Shown: piece by piece, positions 45,320 to 55,996 of the stretch | Position numbering within the stretch: position 1 is the first letter of the stretch | How the letters are laid out: the number at the start of each line of letters is the position of its first letter | DNA from: Methanomicrobiales archaeon | GTDB lineage: Archaea; Halobacteriota; Methanomicrobia; Methanomicrobiales; Methanoculleaceae | Direction: 5' to 3' | NCBI GenBank assembly: GCA_012511245.1 | Contig: JAAZGM010000134.1 | Coordinates: forward strand, 2,305 to 66,304 | DNA: 64,000 nucleotides | Made by a program: the position numbers and the translations under genes | The notes under the pieces: model-generated | Database searches by the model: none | Told to the model about the DNA's origin: nothing | Seen by the model: only the letters and a program-made list of their open reading frames with translations

Positions 45320-47386
45320 ATGGATCTCAAGTATGTACAGACCACATGCCCGTACTGCGGTACTGGGTGCAGCTTCAATCTCGTCGTGAAGGATGGGAAG
45401 GTTGTCGGCACACAACCTTACACCCGTTCTCCGGTCAACGAGGGAAAAGTCTGCCCCAAGGGCACTTATGCTCACGAGTTCGTGAACAGCCCGGACCGCC
45501 TCACAAAGCCGCTCATCAAGAAGGACGGCAAATTTGTTGAATCGACCTGGGACGAAGCCTATGACCTGATCGCACAGAAGTTCAAGTCATACAAGCCCGA
45601 CGAGTTCGTGGCTCTCTCATCGGCTCGCGTCTCAAATGAAGAAAACTACCTGATGATGAAGTTCGCCCGCGGCGTCATGAAGTCCCGGCACGTCGACCAT
45701 TGCGCCCGGCTCTGCCACGCATCCACCGTCGCCGGCCTCGCCGCATCGTTCGGCTCCGGCGCGATGACGAACTCCATCGGCGATATCGCCGAATCGAAGT
45801 GCGTCTTCGTCCTCGGGTCAAACACACTCGAACAGCACCCGCTGATCGGGCGGAAGATTGTCCAGGCGAAGCAGAATGGCGCAAAGGTCATCTGCGCCGA
45901 CCCGCGCTACACCCCGACCGCCCGGCTGGCCGACCTCTACATGCCTTTTGTCTCCGGTACTGATGTCGCTCTCCTGAACTGTATGATGCAGGAGATCATC
46001 AAGAACGGCTGGGAAGACAAGGAGTTCGTCGCAAACCGCACGAAGGATTACGATAAACTCAAAGATGTCGTCATGAAAGAGGACTACAGTCCTGAGAACG
46101 TCTCGAAGATCACCGGCATCCCGGTCGAGCAGCTCAAGCAGGCCGCTGAGATATTCGGCACCACGAAACCCGGCGCCATCCTCTACTCGATGGGTATCAC
46201 CCAGCATACCGTCGGTGTCGACAACGTCCGGTCGGTTGCAAACATCCAGATGCTCACCGGCAACCTGGGCAAGCCCGGCACTGGTGTAAACGCGCTGCGT
46301 GGCCAGAACAACGTCCAGGGCGCCTGCGACATGGGTGCACTTCCAGTCGTCTTCACCGGCTACCAGAAGGTCATCGACCCGGTCACCCACAAGAAGTTCG
46401 CCGACGCCTGGGGCTTCCCTAATGGCATATGCGAGCCGAAGAACGGCTACGAGGTCACTGTTATGATGGATGTCCTGACCGACAACCCCGGTGAACTCAA
46501 GTGCATGTATGTCATGGGCGAGAACCCGATGATCTCCGACCCGGACATCAATCACGTCCGGCACGCCCTTGAGAGCCTGGAGTTCATGGTCGTCCAGGAT
46601 ATCTTCCTGACCGAGACCGCCGAACTCGCCGATGTCGTTTTACCGGCCGCATGCTACGCGGAGCGGGGCGGTACCCAGACCTCCACTGAACGGCGTGTCC
46701 AGATGTGGAGAAAGGCACAGGACCCGCCCGGTGAGGCGAAAGAAGACTGGCAGATCATCAGTGAGCTCGCAGCAAAGATGGGCTACGCCGCCCAGTTCCC
46801 CTACCAGGACATCGAGGAGATCTTCAACGAGGTCGCCGCCCTCACGCCGTCTTACCATGGCATGAACTACGAGCGGCTCAACAGGCCCGAAGCGCTCCAC
46901 TGGCCCTGCCCGACCGAAGAACACCCTGGAACCCCGATCCTGCACCGCGAGAGGTTCGCACACCCTGATGGTCTCGGCATCTTCGCCCCGATCGAGTGGA
47001 AACCCCCGGCGGAAGTCCCTGATGCGGAATATCCGTTCGTGCTCACGACCGGGCGTATCCTCTGGCACTGGCATACCGGTTCCATGACCCGCCGGTCCGC
47101 AACCCTCGACTCCGAGGTTCCTACCGGATGGATCGAGATCAACCCCGAGGACGCAAAGGCGCTCGGTATCCAGAACAAAGAGATCGTCCGTGCAACCTCC
47201 CGCCGCGGCACTGTGAATGTCCCCGCGAAGGTGACCCCCGACATCATGAAGGGCGTCATGTTCATGCCGTTCCACTTTGCCGAGTGTGCAGCAAACGTCC
47301 TGACGAACAACGCGCTCGACCCGATCGCAAAGATCCCTGAGTTCAAGGCCTGTGCTGTGAAGGTCGAGAAGATCACGGAGGCCTGA
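45320..47386 (+). CDS. fdhA: formate dehydrogenase alpha subunit (Cys type)
   Basis: CPYCGTGC, DHCARLCHAST (Cys, no in-frame TGA), LRGQNNVQG, PEFK.CAV. Confidence 0.95.
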   Translation: MDLKYVQTTCPYCGTGCSFNLVVKDGKVVGTQPYTRSPVNEGKVCPKGTYAHEFVNSPDRLTKPLIKKDGKFVESTWDEAYDLIAQKFKSYKPDEFVALSSARVSNEENYLMMKFARGVMKSRHVDHCARLCHASTVAGLAASFGSGAMTNSIGDIAESKCVFVLGSNTLEQHPLIGRKIVQAKQNGAKVICADPRYTPTARLADLYMPFVSGTDVALLNCMMQEIIKNGWEDKEFVANRTKDYDKLKDVVMKEDYSPENVSKITGIPVEQLKQAAEIFGTTKPGAILYSMGITQHTVGVDNVRSVANIQMLTGNLGKPGTGVNALRGQNNVQGACDMGALPVVFTGYQKVIDPVTHKKFADAWGFPNGICEPKNGYEVTVMMDVLTDNPGELKCMYVMGENPMISDPDINHVRHALESLEFMVVQDIFLTETAELADVVLPAACYAERGGTQTSTERRVQMWRKAQDPPGEAKEDWQIISELAAKMGYAAQFPYQDIEEIFNEVAALTPSYHGMNYERLNRPEALHWPCPTEEHPGTPILHRERFAHPDGLGIFAPIEWKPPAEVPDAEYPFVLTTGRILWHWHTGSMTRRSATLDSEVPTGWIEINPEDAKALGIQNKEIVRATSRRGTVNVPAKVTPDIMKGVMFMPFHFAECAANVLTNNALDPIAKIPEFKACAVKVEKITEA

Positions 47387-47388
47387 AA

Positions 47389-48627
47389 ATGGCAGCAAAA
47401 GGCGATATGATGTACGCATGGGCTGCTGATGCCGCCTGCCAGGAGAGAGGCGAGTGCGGTGGAGCGGTCACTGCTCTGCTGACACACGCCCTCTCGTCCG
47501 GCATGGTGGACGCTGTCCTTGCCGTCAAGAAAGGACAGGATATCTACGACGCGGTCCCGGTGCTCATCACCGACCCGGCGGAGATCGCAGAGACGGCAGG
47601 CTCGCTCCACTGCGGGACGCTCCTGCTCTCGAAACTGATCAAGCAGTACCTGGACGGCGCTGAGAATATGCGGATCGCCGTGACGGTGAAAGGCTGCGAC
47701 GCAATGGGCATCTACGAGCTTGCAAAGCGCAAGCAGATCAACCTGGACAACGTCCTGATGATCGGCCTGAACTGCGGCGGATCCGTGAGCCCGGTCTCCG
47801 CCCGGAAGATGATCGCCGAGAAGTTCGGTGTCGACCCCGACGATGTCGTCAAGGAGGAGATCGACAAGGGACAGTTCATCATCGTCACGAAGGATGGCCA
47901 GCACAAGGGCATCTCGATGGACGAGCTCGAGGATGAAGGCTTCGGCCGTCGCTCGAACTGCCGCCGGTGCAAGATGAAAGTCCCGCGCCAGGCCGATCTC
48001 GCCTGCGGCAACTGGGGTGTCATCGGTGATAAGGCCGGGAAGGCCACGTTCGTTGAGGTCTGCTCCGACAAGGGCGCCGATCTCCTGAACAATGCCGCAA
48101 AGGCTGGAGCCGTCGTCACTGAGGCTGCGAACCCGAAAGGTATCGAGATCCGCGGCAAGGTCGAGAACGCGATGCTGAAACTCGGCGACAAGTGGCGGAC
48201 GCGCTACTTTGATGAGCTCGGTGAGGGGAAGGATCGCCTCAAGAAGATCATGGAGGAGACCGGCCGGTGCATCAAGTGCTACGCCTGTATCGAGAGCTGC
48301 CCGATCTGCTACTGCGTCGAGTGCAGCACGAAGAAAGGATACCTGGTCGAGCCCGGTCAGGTCCCGCCGCCGTTCATGTTCCACCTGATCCGCTACGCTC
48401 ATATCGCGGACTCGTGCATCAACTGCGGCCAGTGCGAAGAGCACTGTGCGATGGATATCCCGAACTCGCTTTTCATGCATGCTCTGCAGGTCGATCTCGA
48501 GGATATGTTCGGCCACACCCCGGGTGTGGACATGGAGCTCCCGGTGCTCGCCCTCGTCGAGGAGCGGGCGGAGAGAAAACGGCTCTCCGATACCGGCGAC
48601 GACCAGATCTTCGACATCTTTGAGTGA
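47389..48627 (+). CDS. fdhB: F420-dependent formate dehydrogenase beta subunit
   Basis: GECGGAVT, GSLHCG, KGCD, two ferredoxin-type CxxCxxCxxxC clusters. Confidence 0.93.
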   Translation: MAAKGDMMYAWAADAACQERGECGGAVTALLTHALSSGMVDAVLAVKKGQDIYDAVPVLITDPAEIAETAGSLHCGTLLLSKLIKQYLDGAENMRIAVTVKGCDAMGIYELAKRKQINLDNVLMIGLNCGGSVSPVSARKMIAEKFGVDPDDVVKEEIDKGQFIIVTKDGQHKGISMDELEDEGFGRRSNCRRCKMKVPRQADLACGNWGVIGDKAGKATFVEVCSDKGADLLNNAAKAGAVVTEAANPKGIEIRGKVENAMLKLGDKWRTRYFDELGEGKDRLKKIMEETGRCIKCYACIESCPICYCVECSTKKGYLVEPGQVPPPFMFHLIRYAHIADSCINCGQCEEHCAMDIPNSLFMHALQVDLEDMFGHTPGVDMELPVLALVEERAERKRLSDTGDDQIFDIFE

Positions 48628-48631
48628 AGAT

Positions 48632-48648
48632 CTCTTCTCTCTTTTTTT
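48632..48648 (+). terminator. oligo-T archaeal terminator of fdhAB
   Basis: CTCTTCTCTCTTTTTTT directly after the stop. Confidence 0.5.
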
Positions 48649-48908
48649 AGCGGGTTACGGCACCCGAAATGATTGCAGCACCTCTCGCTCGCAGATTCAC
48701 ATGGATGAGGGAACAGGGCGCGTTATGCAGTCATGCCCGGTGCCTCGCTAACGCATTTACGATTATATCCCCCGGGAGATCCGGCCATCGGCGCCTTTTC
48801 CATGGGAGCCTGGATCAGCGGTGGATAGAGCCTACTGTATCATGCCCCTTAATTTTATGAATTTTGATGCGTAGGAGCGCATCAGTCACTTCCGATTGCA
48901 CTCCGGGG

Positions 48909-49030
48909 GCACGGCTTTCCCCGGCTATCGCCACACACTGCCCCCGCCCCGCAGGAAGGGGGAGGAGCGCGAAGCGCGGGTGGGGCGGGGGCTACACAGT
49001 TCGCTACGGGACGGATTCTCATCGCCACCG
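48909..49030. repeat. TATCGCCA repeat family, copy B
   Basis: GCACGGCT..CGG.TATCGCCA...GCCCCCGCCCC...GCGCGAAGCGC...GGGGCGGGGGC aligns by eye with 21959-22045. Confidence 0.75.
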
Positions 49031-49120
49031 GGGCTGAGGATTAAGGATGTGATAGACGACAATATGATGATAGATTTAGGCGGCAACAGCCACCAGGAGA
49101 AAAAGGGGGGATTGTCCAGT

Positions 49121-49615
49121 TCATGGAACAATATGAGAGAGGGGGGGGATTTCACTCAGGTCGAAGAAGGTCTCCTCATACCCGTCCGGGAACCGGACTG
49201 TTGTCTGGTCGGGGGAGAAATCGGCCTGGACCAACGGTGCAAACCAGTAATCGTCAAGGATTGCCTGGGCGCCAGTGAGGTCGAGACCTGGTGTCGAGTA
49301 GGTCTTCCCATCGCCGGCATCACGAACTGTTGCAAACTTCGCGGCTGAGAACACGGAGACATCGCTCTTTGCCGAAGTCACTGTCACGGGAACACCAAGT
49401 GCACTCTCGAGTGCGGATTTCAGTTCTTCAGCCGGATCGGCGATCTTGAAGAAGACGGCAACCCTCTCGATCCAGGAGAGTGTGTAGTTGAATGTGATGT
49501 CTGCGCTTGCATCCTCGTTCACGGTTATCTGAAGGCGGTCTGCGCTGAAAGCTGTTGCTGGGGCTACAACAACTGCCATGAGCAGGAGCAAGGCGACCAG
49601 AATTTCGCGTTTCAT
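49121..49615 (-). CDS. secreted hypothetical protein
   Basis: Signal peptide MKREILVALLLLMAVVVAPATA; FPDGY C-terminal motif. Confidence 0.7.
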   Translation of the reverse strand: MKREILVALLLLMAVVVAPATAFSADRLQITVNEDASADITFNYTLSWIERVAVFFKIADPAEELKSALESALGVPVTVTSAKSDVSVFSAAKFATVRDAGDGKTYSTPGLDLTGAQAILDDYWFAPLVQADFSPDQTTVRFPDGYEETFFDLSEIPPLSHIVP

Positions 49616-49902
49616 TTCTGTACCTCAAGGAACCTTATGCCGTTCGAATGGATAAATATTTTGAGGGAGCCTGCTTCCCATCCTGCCGTACTGCGTTGCT
49701 GATGCCGGCAATCGGCGGCGATCCGGTCTCGTGCGGCAACTGGAGATGGAGGTCAATAGTGCCTGGAAACCCGGTTGTTGCCTTTCATGGCCTCATAATG
49801 GATATTTTTCACCCGTACATCCGGGTTTCTGTGATGTGGTAGATAGGCGCAAAGAAAACAACGGATCTTCCAGAGTGGCTCCTCTGGAGACCTTATATCG
49901 GG

Positions 49903-50874
49903 TCAGTGCACCAGCAGCCAGAGGTGAAGGTTACGGTAGCCGGCGTTGCTGATGTTGTTTGTAGGGATGTTGTCCGGCGGGTCTCCGGTAAAGAGGAGAA
50001 ACTCGATCCGGTTTGTGTTCGGGTCCATGATCCGGAATGTGTAGGGCTGCTCGACGGTCTGGTTGTGCGGCACCGTGACGGAGAACCGGTCAAGGAGTGC
50101 CGCCGAGACGACTGTCGACTGATTTGCCGCGGCATTGAACCTGCTCTCCACAGCAAACGTCTCCACCGTGTAGGTGATATCCCGGTATTCGTGGTTTCCG
50201 ATCCCGATGATGACCGTCTGTGGTGTCCCGGACATGAACTCGGTCGGATAATCAGCTGCTTTTCCCCGAGGCCCGAGGATATAAAACTCAGTGAACTTCT
50301 CACCCTCCTTTGGGGTGGTGATGATGAAGACCGTCGTTGCTATCGCAATGAGGACGGCGGCGATGAGAACGACACTGAGGATACGGTCGAACCGGGACGG
50401 TGAACCACTGGAGGACTCATCCTGCGCTGCAACAAGGTGTGCGACGAGGGGGACCATACAACGGCTGTCTTCCGGGAGTTTACGCCCCCGAACCCGGGCG
50501 ATGACGCCGACGACGAGACTGAACGCCAGGAGTATGACGGCGATGGAGTCGAGCCGGATACCCTGTGGTGTGTAGTTGAGCACAAAGCCTGAGAGCGACA
50601 CGATGGCGAGGGAGACCCCAAACGAGAGGACGATACGCTCGATCCTGCCGGGTTTGTCCCCTGCCGGAAAGAGTGCCGCGACCAGGAGGCAGCCGGGGAT
50701 GAAGAGGACGAACGGCAGGACGAGGATCACACGGAAAGGGCTTTCATTGATGATCGGGGCGTAGATGCCGGCAAGAGCGAGGAAGACCCAGAGGTAGATG
50801 ATCTTTATGTCCAGCAGGACAGTGCGGGGGTCAAGCAGCCTGACGGGTTCTCCTGTAGCGGTCCCGGGTATCAT
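49903..50874 (-). CDS. DUF1616 family membrane protein
   Basis: LFIPG..L.AALFP, ER..LSFG.S, LNYTP.GI, FTEFYILG..GKA.DYP, LHLW. Confidence 0.85.
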   Translation of the reverse strand: MIPGTATGEPVRLLDPRTVLLDIKIIYLWVFLALAGIYAPIINESPFRVILVLPFVLFIPGCLLVAALFPAGDKPGRIERIVLSFGVSLAIVSLSGFVLNYTPQGIRLDSIAVILLAFSLVVGVIARVRGRKLPEDSRCMVPLVAHLVAAQDESSSGSPSRFDRILSVVLIAAVLIAIATTVFIITTPKEGEKFTEFYILGPRGKAADYPTEFMSGTPQTVIIGIGNHEYRDITYTVETFAVESRFNAAANQSTVVSAALLDRFSVTVPHNQTVEQPYTFRIMDPNTNRIEFLLFTGDPPDNIPTNNISNAGYRNLHLWLLVH

Positions 50875-51016
50875 ACCGGTATCCCATAAAAAGGCATGGT
50901 ATAAATAAGTTCTCTACTGAGGGGCTGTTTGATGGATACGGATACCCGAGACCCATGAAGGCCGACTTGAAATGAATCAGCACCCTTTAATCGGAGTGTG
51001 ACCTACCCAGACGTAT

Positions 51017-51577
51017 ATGTCCCGGGAAGACCGGAGCGATCAGGCGTTCACCGGACTTGAGGCTGCGATTGTCTTCATTGCGTTTATTGTCGTCGCTTCA
51101 GTCTTTGCATATGTTGTCCTTGGAGCGGGCATGCTCACATCCCAGAAGAGCCAGGAGACGATGCATACCGCTCTCGGTGAGGCGGGATCCGCCCTCCTCC
51201 CCGGGCAGTCGGTCATCGCAAAATTGGACAACGACCGTGGTCTCGTTGAATTTATGGAGTTTGATCTCGAGACCGCAACCGATCTCGCTGCCATCGATCT
51301 GAAACGCATGACCTATACCATCGCTACGAAGAACGACCTCATCACGTTCTCCCCCGGCGACTCCCGCGTATCTATCACCTGGCGCTACCCGGAGGACGGC
51401 GGCCATCTTCTTGAGAAGGGCGAGGTTGTCACCGTGAAACTGAATACACGCAGTGCAGGTATCAGGCGGGGAGATACGTTTACCCTTCAGGTGAGCGCCG
51501 CAGGAGGAGAGACCGCTGTGTTGACCAGAACCGTTCCCGCAGGTATCGGAAAGAATGTCTACGTCGAGCTCTTCTGA
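51017..51577 (+). CDS. archaellin/FlaB-like class III signal peptide protein
   Basis: AFTGLEAAIVFIAFIVVASVFAY..LGAG, LLEKGE, RTVP. Confidence 0.85.
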   Translation: MSREDRSDQAFTGLEAAIVFIAFIVVASVFAYVVLGAGMLTSQKSQETMHTALGEAGSALLPGQSVIAKLDNDRGLVEFMEFDLETATDLAAIDLKRMTYTIATKNDLITFSPGDSRVSITWRYPEDGGHLLEKGEVVTVKLNTRSAGIRRGDTFTLQVSAAGGETAVLTRTVPAGIGKNVYVELF

Positions 51578-52136
51578 TGCCGGGTTCACCGGACTTGAGG
51601 CCGCGATCGTGCTCATCGCGTTTGTTATCGTTGCAGCCGTCTTTGCGTATGTTGTCCTGGGGGCTGGTATCCTCTTCTCTGAGGGGAGCCGGTCCGCCGT
51701 TCATCAAGGCATCCAAGAGGCAGGATCAGGCCTCATCGTGACCGGCGGCGTATACGGGATCAGCAACACCCCGGGAAGGATAGACTCCATCATCGTCCCT
51801 GTCAGCCTCACTGTCGGCAGTGATCCTATCGACATCACCTCAGTATCCATCCGTCTGATCGGCCCCAAACATAGGGAACACATCTTGCAAAACAGCCCTC
51901 TCTTCGATCTCCCCCCGGAGACCGGGCATTGGAGCGTCCAGAAACGGTTGAACGCCGATTCCAATCACCTTCTCGAAGCAGGAGAGCAGTATATACTGAA
52001 CATCTCACCGGACGGTAGGGTAGATTGCATGGCGTACCGGACGTTCACGATCGAGATTAAACCGGTAGGAAGGCAGGCGCTCCGGGTGGAGAGGACGGTT
52101 CCGGGCAGCGTCACCGCGATCACCCGGCTGGATTGA
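51555..52136 (+). CDS. archaellin/FlaB-like protein, second paralogue
   Basis: GFTGLEAAIVLIAFVIVAAVF, LLEAGEQ, FTIEIKP, RTVP. Confidence 0.85.
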   Translation: MSTSSSSDAGFTGLEAAIVLIAFVIVAAVFAYVVLGAGILFSEGSRSAVHQGIQEAGSGLIVTGGVYGISNTPGRIDSIIVPVSLTVGSDPIDITSVSIRLIGPKHREHILQNSPLFDLPPETGHWSVQKRLNADSNHLLEAGEQYILNISPDGRVDCMAYRTFTIEIKPVGRQALRVERTVPGSVTAITRLD

Positions 52137-52141
52137 CGGTT

Positions 52142-52828
52142 CTATCCGGTGTGCAGGTTGTCCCGATATCGTATCATCCCGGCAACCCCGATCGTCGCCA
52201 CCGCCGCAAGCAAAAGATAATCTTCCGACTTCGCTCCGACCATCAGGATGCCCCCCGGGCTGCCGGCCACCCCGGCGTAGACGGAGGCGAGGGCAAGAAC
52301 TCCAAGGAGCGGGATGGAGATGCGGACGAGTGTCGTGGCGAGCCGGGAGAGATCAGGGCTGTAGTCCCGGAAGGCGGCAAGGATGATCCCGACTGATGCT
52401 ATGAGGAATATCCATTCGGAGAGCGAAGAGATCTCTGCCAGTATAGCTCCGCCGAAGTAGTCGGTAAACTCATGCGGCTCGTACGGGCCAAGGAACGGGA
52501 AGTACCAGCTGACGGGTATCGCCCACATCGCATCGAGGACCTGGTGGGAGAGGACTCCTGCTGCAACAGCGAGGAGTGCAAAAGATTCCCGTCTCCAGTA
52601 TAGATAAACGCCTGCAACCGCGATGAGTGCAATGAAGAGCAGTCCATGCCCGAACAACCGCCCGGAGTCGAGTGTTTCGGCAAGAAGAATGTGACCGATC
52701 GGTTTGTCGATCAGGTCGGGGAGGATAGCCCCGAGAGCGGCAAAACCAATCAACCGTCGATCGTCCAGGTATCTGGCGAATGCAAGGCCCAGGATCAGGC
52801 CGAGGAAGAGGTGGCAGGCGACGAACAT
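52142..52828 (-). CDS. membrane-bound metal-dependent hydrolase (YdjM-like)
   Basis: H..., GAILPDLIDKP, R.FGH, SHQVLD. Confidence 0.8.
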   Translation of the reverse strand: MFVACHLFLGLILGLAFARYLDDRRLIGFAALGAILPDLIDKPIGHILLAETLDSGRLFGHGLLFIALIAVAGVYLYWRRESFALLAVAAGVLSHQVLDAMWAIPVSWYFPFLGPYEPHEFTDYFGGAILAEISSLSEWIFLIASVGIILAAFRDYSPDLSRLATTLVRISIPLLGVLALASVYAGVAGSPGGILMVGAKSEDYLLLAAVATIGVAGMIRYRDNLHTG

Positions 52829-52920
52829 CTCTATTATGTAGGTGGCTTCTGCCGGCTATAATCCTGCCGTTCGGGCAGGGGCAAATGATATGGCCGAAGA
52901 AGACTGATATCTCCTGAATT

Positions 52921-53112
52921 ATGACAACGCTGGATAAACAGGAGATCCTCATCATCTTCGCCTCGTTCCTCATCGGCAGTTCGGTGGGATGGTGGAGCCG
53001 CATGCATGGGGGTGACAGCCTCATCGCTGTCGCTGCGACGCTTGCTGGAACCGTCGCCGGTTATCTTGTCATCGTAACCGTTCTTCGGGCTATGGGTCAC
53101 CCGGTCCGGTAA
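52921..53112 (+). CDS. small two-TM membrane protein (63 aa)
   Basis: Two hydrophobic helices; fills the gap between genes. Confidence 0.55.
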   Translation: MTTLDKQEILIIFASFLIGSSVGWWSRMHGGDSLIAVAATLAGTVAGYLVIVTVLRAMGHPVR

Positions 53113-53810
53113 CCGGTATGAAAGGGGCACTCTTCCCGCAGGCATTCGCGGTTGATATCACTGAATTCGCACCGTACTACCCCCTCTACCGGGAGGTTCA
53201 CCCCGAGCCGTTCGAGAAGAAACGTGATCGCGGTGCGGATAGCAAGCCACGAGTTGCGTTTGCAGCACCTGGGGCCGCCGTGCCGGGCTATCGTCATCAG
53301 ACTGCGCGCGGTCATCTGGTTTGCAAGCGACCACTCCTGCTTCTTCAAGGGTGTTGACCCGGTGATCAGGCTCACGAAGATACCGGTTCCGACCGCCGCC
53401 CCGCAGGTGCCGTGGGTTCCGCAGGCTCCCCCCGGAACCATGCTGGCTCTCATGCGGGCGCGCTCAAGGTGTCCTCCTTTTCTCCCCGGTTCCCCCCGGC
53501 GGTTGCAGTAAGCAGCGATGAGGCATGCGGGCATGAGGAAGTGGTGCTCCGGCCCGTGCATCCTCACCGCTGGATGCCGCATCAGGATGCAGGCGATGGC
53601 AAGCGGATCCTCGAGTTCCGTTGTGATGCAGAACTGTTCGATGAGATCGAGCGCTTCCCGGCCATGGCAGCGGTCGCAGACGAAGTGCCCGGCCTCACAG
53701 GCAACCGCGGTGTTCACAACCTCCCCGCAGACTGCGCATGGAAGGTCGCGGGGCTCCTCACCATATACGAGATCCCGGCCGCAGATCAGGCATCCTGCCT
53801 TATGCTCCAT
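53097..53810 (-). CDS. Cys-rich DUF5714-family protein
   Basis: CLICG, C..GHFVCD.CH, MHGPEHH, GG.CG..G.CGAA, GPRCCKR. Confidence 0.8.
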   Translation of the reverse strand: MEHKAGCLICGRDLVYGEEPRDLPCAVCGEVVNTAVACEAGHFVCDRCHGREALDLIEQFCITTELEDPLAIACILMRHPAVRMHGPEHHFLMPACLIAAYCNRRGEPGRKGGHLERARMRASMVPGGACGTHGTCGAAVGTGIFVSLITGSTPLKKQEWSLANQMTARSLMTIARHGGPRCCKRNSWLAIRTAITFLLERLGVNLPVEGVVRCEFSDINRECLREECPFHTGYRTG

Positions 53811-53864
53811 GGTGTAGGAGTGCGTCGCCGTACCCCATAACCCTGCGGCTCCGGGAAGAAAGAG

Positions 53865-54551
53865 TTAGAGCTGGGCCGCCGGGGTTGCCCGAACTGTCCC
53901 TGGAATGGCGACTTTCTTCTCAAGGATGTTGACGGCGATGGTCGTGACCGAGACCAGCACGAGGTAGACGATGCCGACGGCCGCAAATGACTCCGTGTAG
54001 AGGAAGTACTTTGTCGCCACCTGCTTTCCTGCCCCGGCGAGCTCGACCACCGTGAGCATGTAGGCGAGCGACGAGTACTTGATCAGGTAGATGAACTCGT
54101 TTGAGAGTCCCGGTATCGCCCGGCGGAGTGCCTGCGGCAGGATAACGTTTTTGATCGCCTGCCACCTGGTCATCCCGAGCGACCTTGCCGCGACCATCTG
54201 GCCGTCCTTGATCGATATGAGGGCGCCCCGGATGTACTCAGCGTTGTACGCGCCGTTACAGAGGATGAACCCGAGCACCGATGCTGTGAACGCAGTGAAC
54301 GTGATCCCTATCGACGGGAGCCCGAAGTAGAGGATGAAGAGCAGGAGAAGGAGCGGTGTGCCCTTGATCAGGAAAACAAACGTCTTACAGAACCAGGATA
54401 TGACGGGGTGACCATACTGTCTTCCCACCGCAACAGCGATGCCGAGCGCAAAACCGAACGGGGCGGAGCACACAATCAGCTGCAGGGTCACGATCAATCC
54501 CTGCAGCAGCGCCGGGAGGAGGATATCGAAGAGAAAGACTGTCTGGTCCAT
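53865..54551 (-). CDS. polar amino-acid ABC transporter permease
   Basis: KGTPLL, AY.AEYIRG, ILPQA, IKYSSL. Confidence 0.9.
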   Translation of the reverse strand: MDQTVFLFDILLPALLQGLIVTLQLIVCSAPFGFALGIAVAVGRQYGHPVISWFCKTFVFLIKGTPLLLLLFILYFGLPSIGITFTAFTASVLGFILCNGAYNAEYIRGALISIKDGQMVAARSLGMTRWQAIKNVILPQALRRAIPGLSNEFIYLIKYSSLAYMLTVVELAGAGKQVATKYFLYTESFAAVGIVYLVLVSVTTIAVNILEKKVAIPGTVRATPAAQL

Positions 54552-54559
54552 ACTGTTCC

Positions 54560-55315
54560 TCAATCACTCATCCGAGAATCGATCCGGCCGATGAAGTCCT
54601 TCATCCGGGTGAACTGCGGGTCGTTCAGGAGCAGGTCAGGTGATCCCTGCTCGGCAACCACGCCGTTCTCCATGAAAAGAACCTCGTTTGCAACCGAGCA
54701 GGCAAACCCCATCTCATGGGTGACGACGAGCATCGTCATACCGTTCCGGGCCAGTTTCTTCATGACCTCGAGCACCTCCCTCGTCAGTTCGGGATCGAGC
54801 GCGGAGGTCGGTTCGTCGAAGAGGATGACATCCGGGTCCATGGCAAGCGCCCGCGCGATGGATACCCGTTGTGCCTGACCGCCCGAGAGTTCCGCCGGGT
54901 AGTGGTTGGCCCAGTCCTCCATCCCGACCTGCCGGAGTTCGGTGAGCGCCTTTTCGCGTGCTTCCGCTTTGCCCATACCCCTGACCTTCAGGAGCGCCAG
55001 TTCGACGTTCTTGAGTGCGGTGAGGTGGTCGAAGAGGAAGAAGTTCTGAAAGACCATCCCGATCTTCTGCCGGAAGTGGTTGATCCGGGCTCCCGAGTTC
55101 GTGACCTCCTCCCCGTCGAGCCAGACCCTCCCCCGGTCGGGTATGGTCAGCTGGTTGATGCACCGGAGAAGCGTGCTCTTCCCGGTCCCTGATGGGCCGA
55201 TGAAGACCTTCGTCTCGCCGCGCCGGACATCGAACGATACCCCGCGCAGCACCTCGATGCCCCCGAAGGACTTGTGAATATCCTCGACTTTCAGCACAAT
55301 CTCGTCGTTGTTCAT
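54560..55315 (-). CDS. polar amino-acid ABC transporter ATPase (GlnQ-like)
   Basis: [32 protein letters not shown]. Confidence 0.93.
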   Translation of the reverse strand: MNNDEIVLKVEDIHKSFGGIEVLRGVSFDVRRGETKVFIGPSGTGKSTLLRCINQLTIPDRGRVWLDGEEVTNSGARINHFRQKIGMVFQNFFLFDHLTALKNVELALLKVRGMGKAEAREKALTELRQVGMEDWANHYPAELSGGQAQRVSIARALAMDPDVILFDEPTSALDPELTREVLEVMKKLARNGMTMLVVTHEMGFACSVANEVLFMENGVVAEQGSPDLLLNDPQFTRMKDFIGRIDSRMSD

Positions 55316-55318
55316 GTT

Positions 55319-55996
55319 CTACATCGCTCCAGTCCCAAACCCGGGAATTGCCACCCTCGCTTCAAGCCTGTGCAGCAGTTTGAGGCCTCCGTAGTTCAGG
55401 ATGATGAATATCCCCGCCGTCGCGAGGTAGATCGGTATCGTGATGTGAGTCTGCGTGACGATCCTCGCGGTGATGGTGAGCAGTTCCACGACTCCGATAG
55501 CGTAACAGACCGCTGAATCGGTCAGGATGTTGGGGTACTCGTTTGACCAGCCGGGAAGCGCTATCCGCATCGCCTGGGGAAGGATGACCGAGTGGATGGC
55601 GGTGAACCGGCTCATTCCAAGCGATCTCGCTGCGATCATCTGTCCTTCACCGACAGACTGGATGGCCCCCCGGAAGATCTGCGACTGGTATGCTGCTCCC
55701 CGGAGACCCAGCACGACCGCCCCGACGACGAACGCTGAGTAGTGGCCGAGCCCGATCGCCGGGAATATGCCGAACCAGAAGAGGAAGAGAAGGACGAGGA
55801 TGGGAAGGCCCCTGAAGAACCAGACGTAGATCCCGACCGCCCACCGGATCGGCCGACCGCCGTAGACCTGGCCGAGCGCCATGGGGAGCCCGAGAAGGAT
55901 CCCGAGGCCGAGTGCGGCAAGGACAAGGCCGAGGGTAGAGGCGATGCCTGAAAGAAGATACGGCAACCAGTCGAGGAGGATCGGCAAAACGTCCAT
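55319..55996 (-). CDS. polar amino-acid ABC transporter permease
   Basis: FRGLP, AYQSQIFRG, ILPQA. Confidence 0.9.
   Translation of the reverse strand: MDVLPILLDWLPYLLSGIASTLGLVLAALGLGILLGLPMALGQVYGGRPIRWAVGIYVWFFRGLPILVLLFLFWFGIFPAIGLGHYSAFVVGAVVLGLRGAAYQSQIFRGAIQSVGEGQMIAARSLGMSRFTAIHSVILPQAMRIALPGWSNEYPNILTDSAVCYAIGVVELLTITARIVTQTHITIPIYLATAGIFIILNYGGLKLLHRLEARVAIPGFGTGAM

Noticed and set aside
45320-47386. Possible selenocysteine recoding in fdhA
   Set aside because: Active-site codon is TGC (Cys) and the ORF has no in-frame TGA
46867-48516. 549-aa - strand ORF antisense to fdhAB
   Set aside because: Mirror of fdhB/fdhA codons; no independent signal
51044-51670. Direct repeat TTCACCGGACTTGAGGC.GCGAT in two places
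   Set aside because: Explained by the conserved N-termini of the two archaellin paralogues
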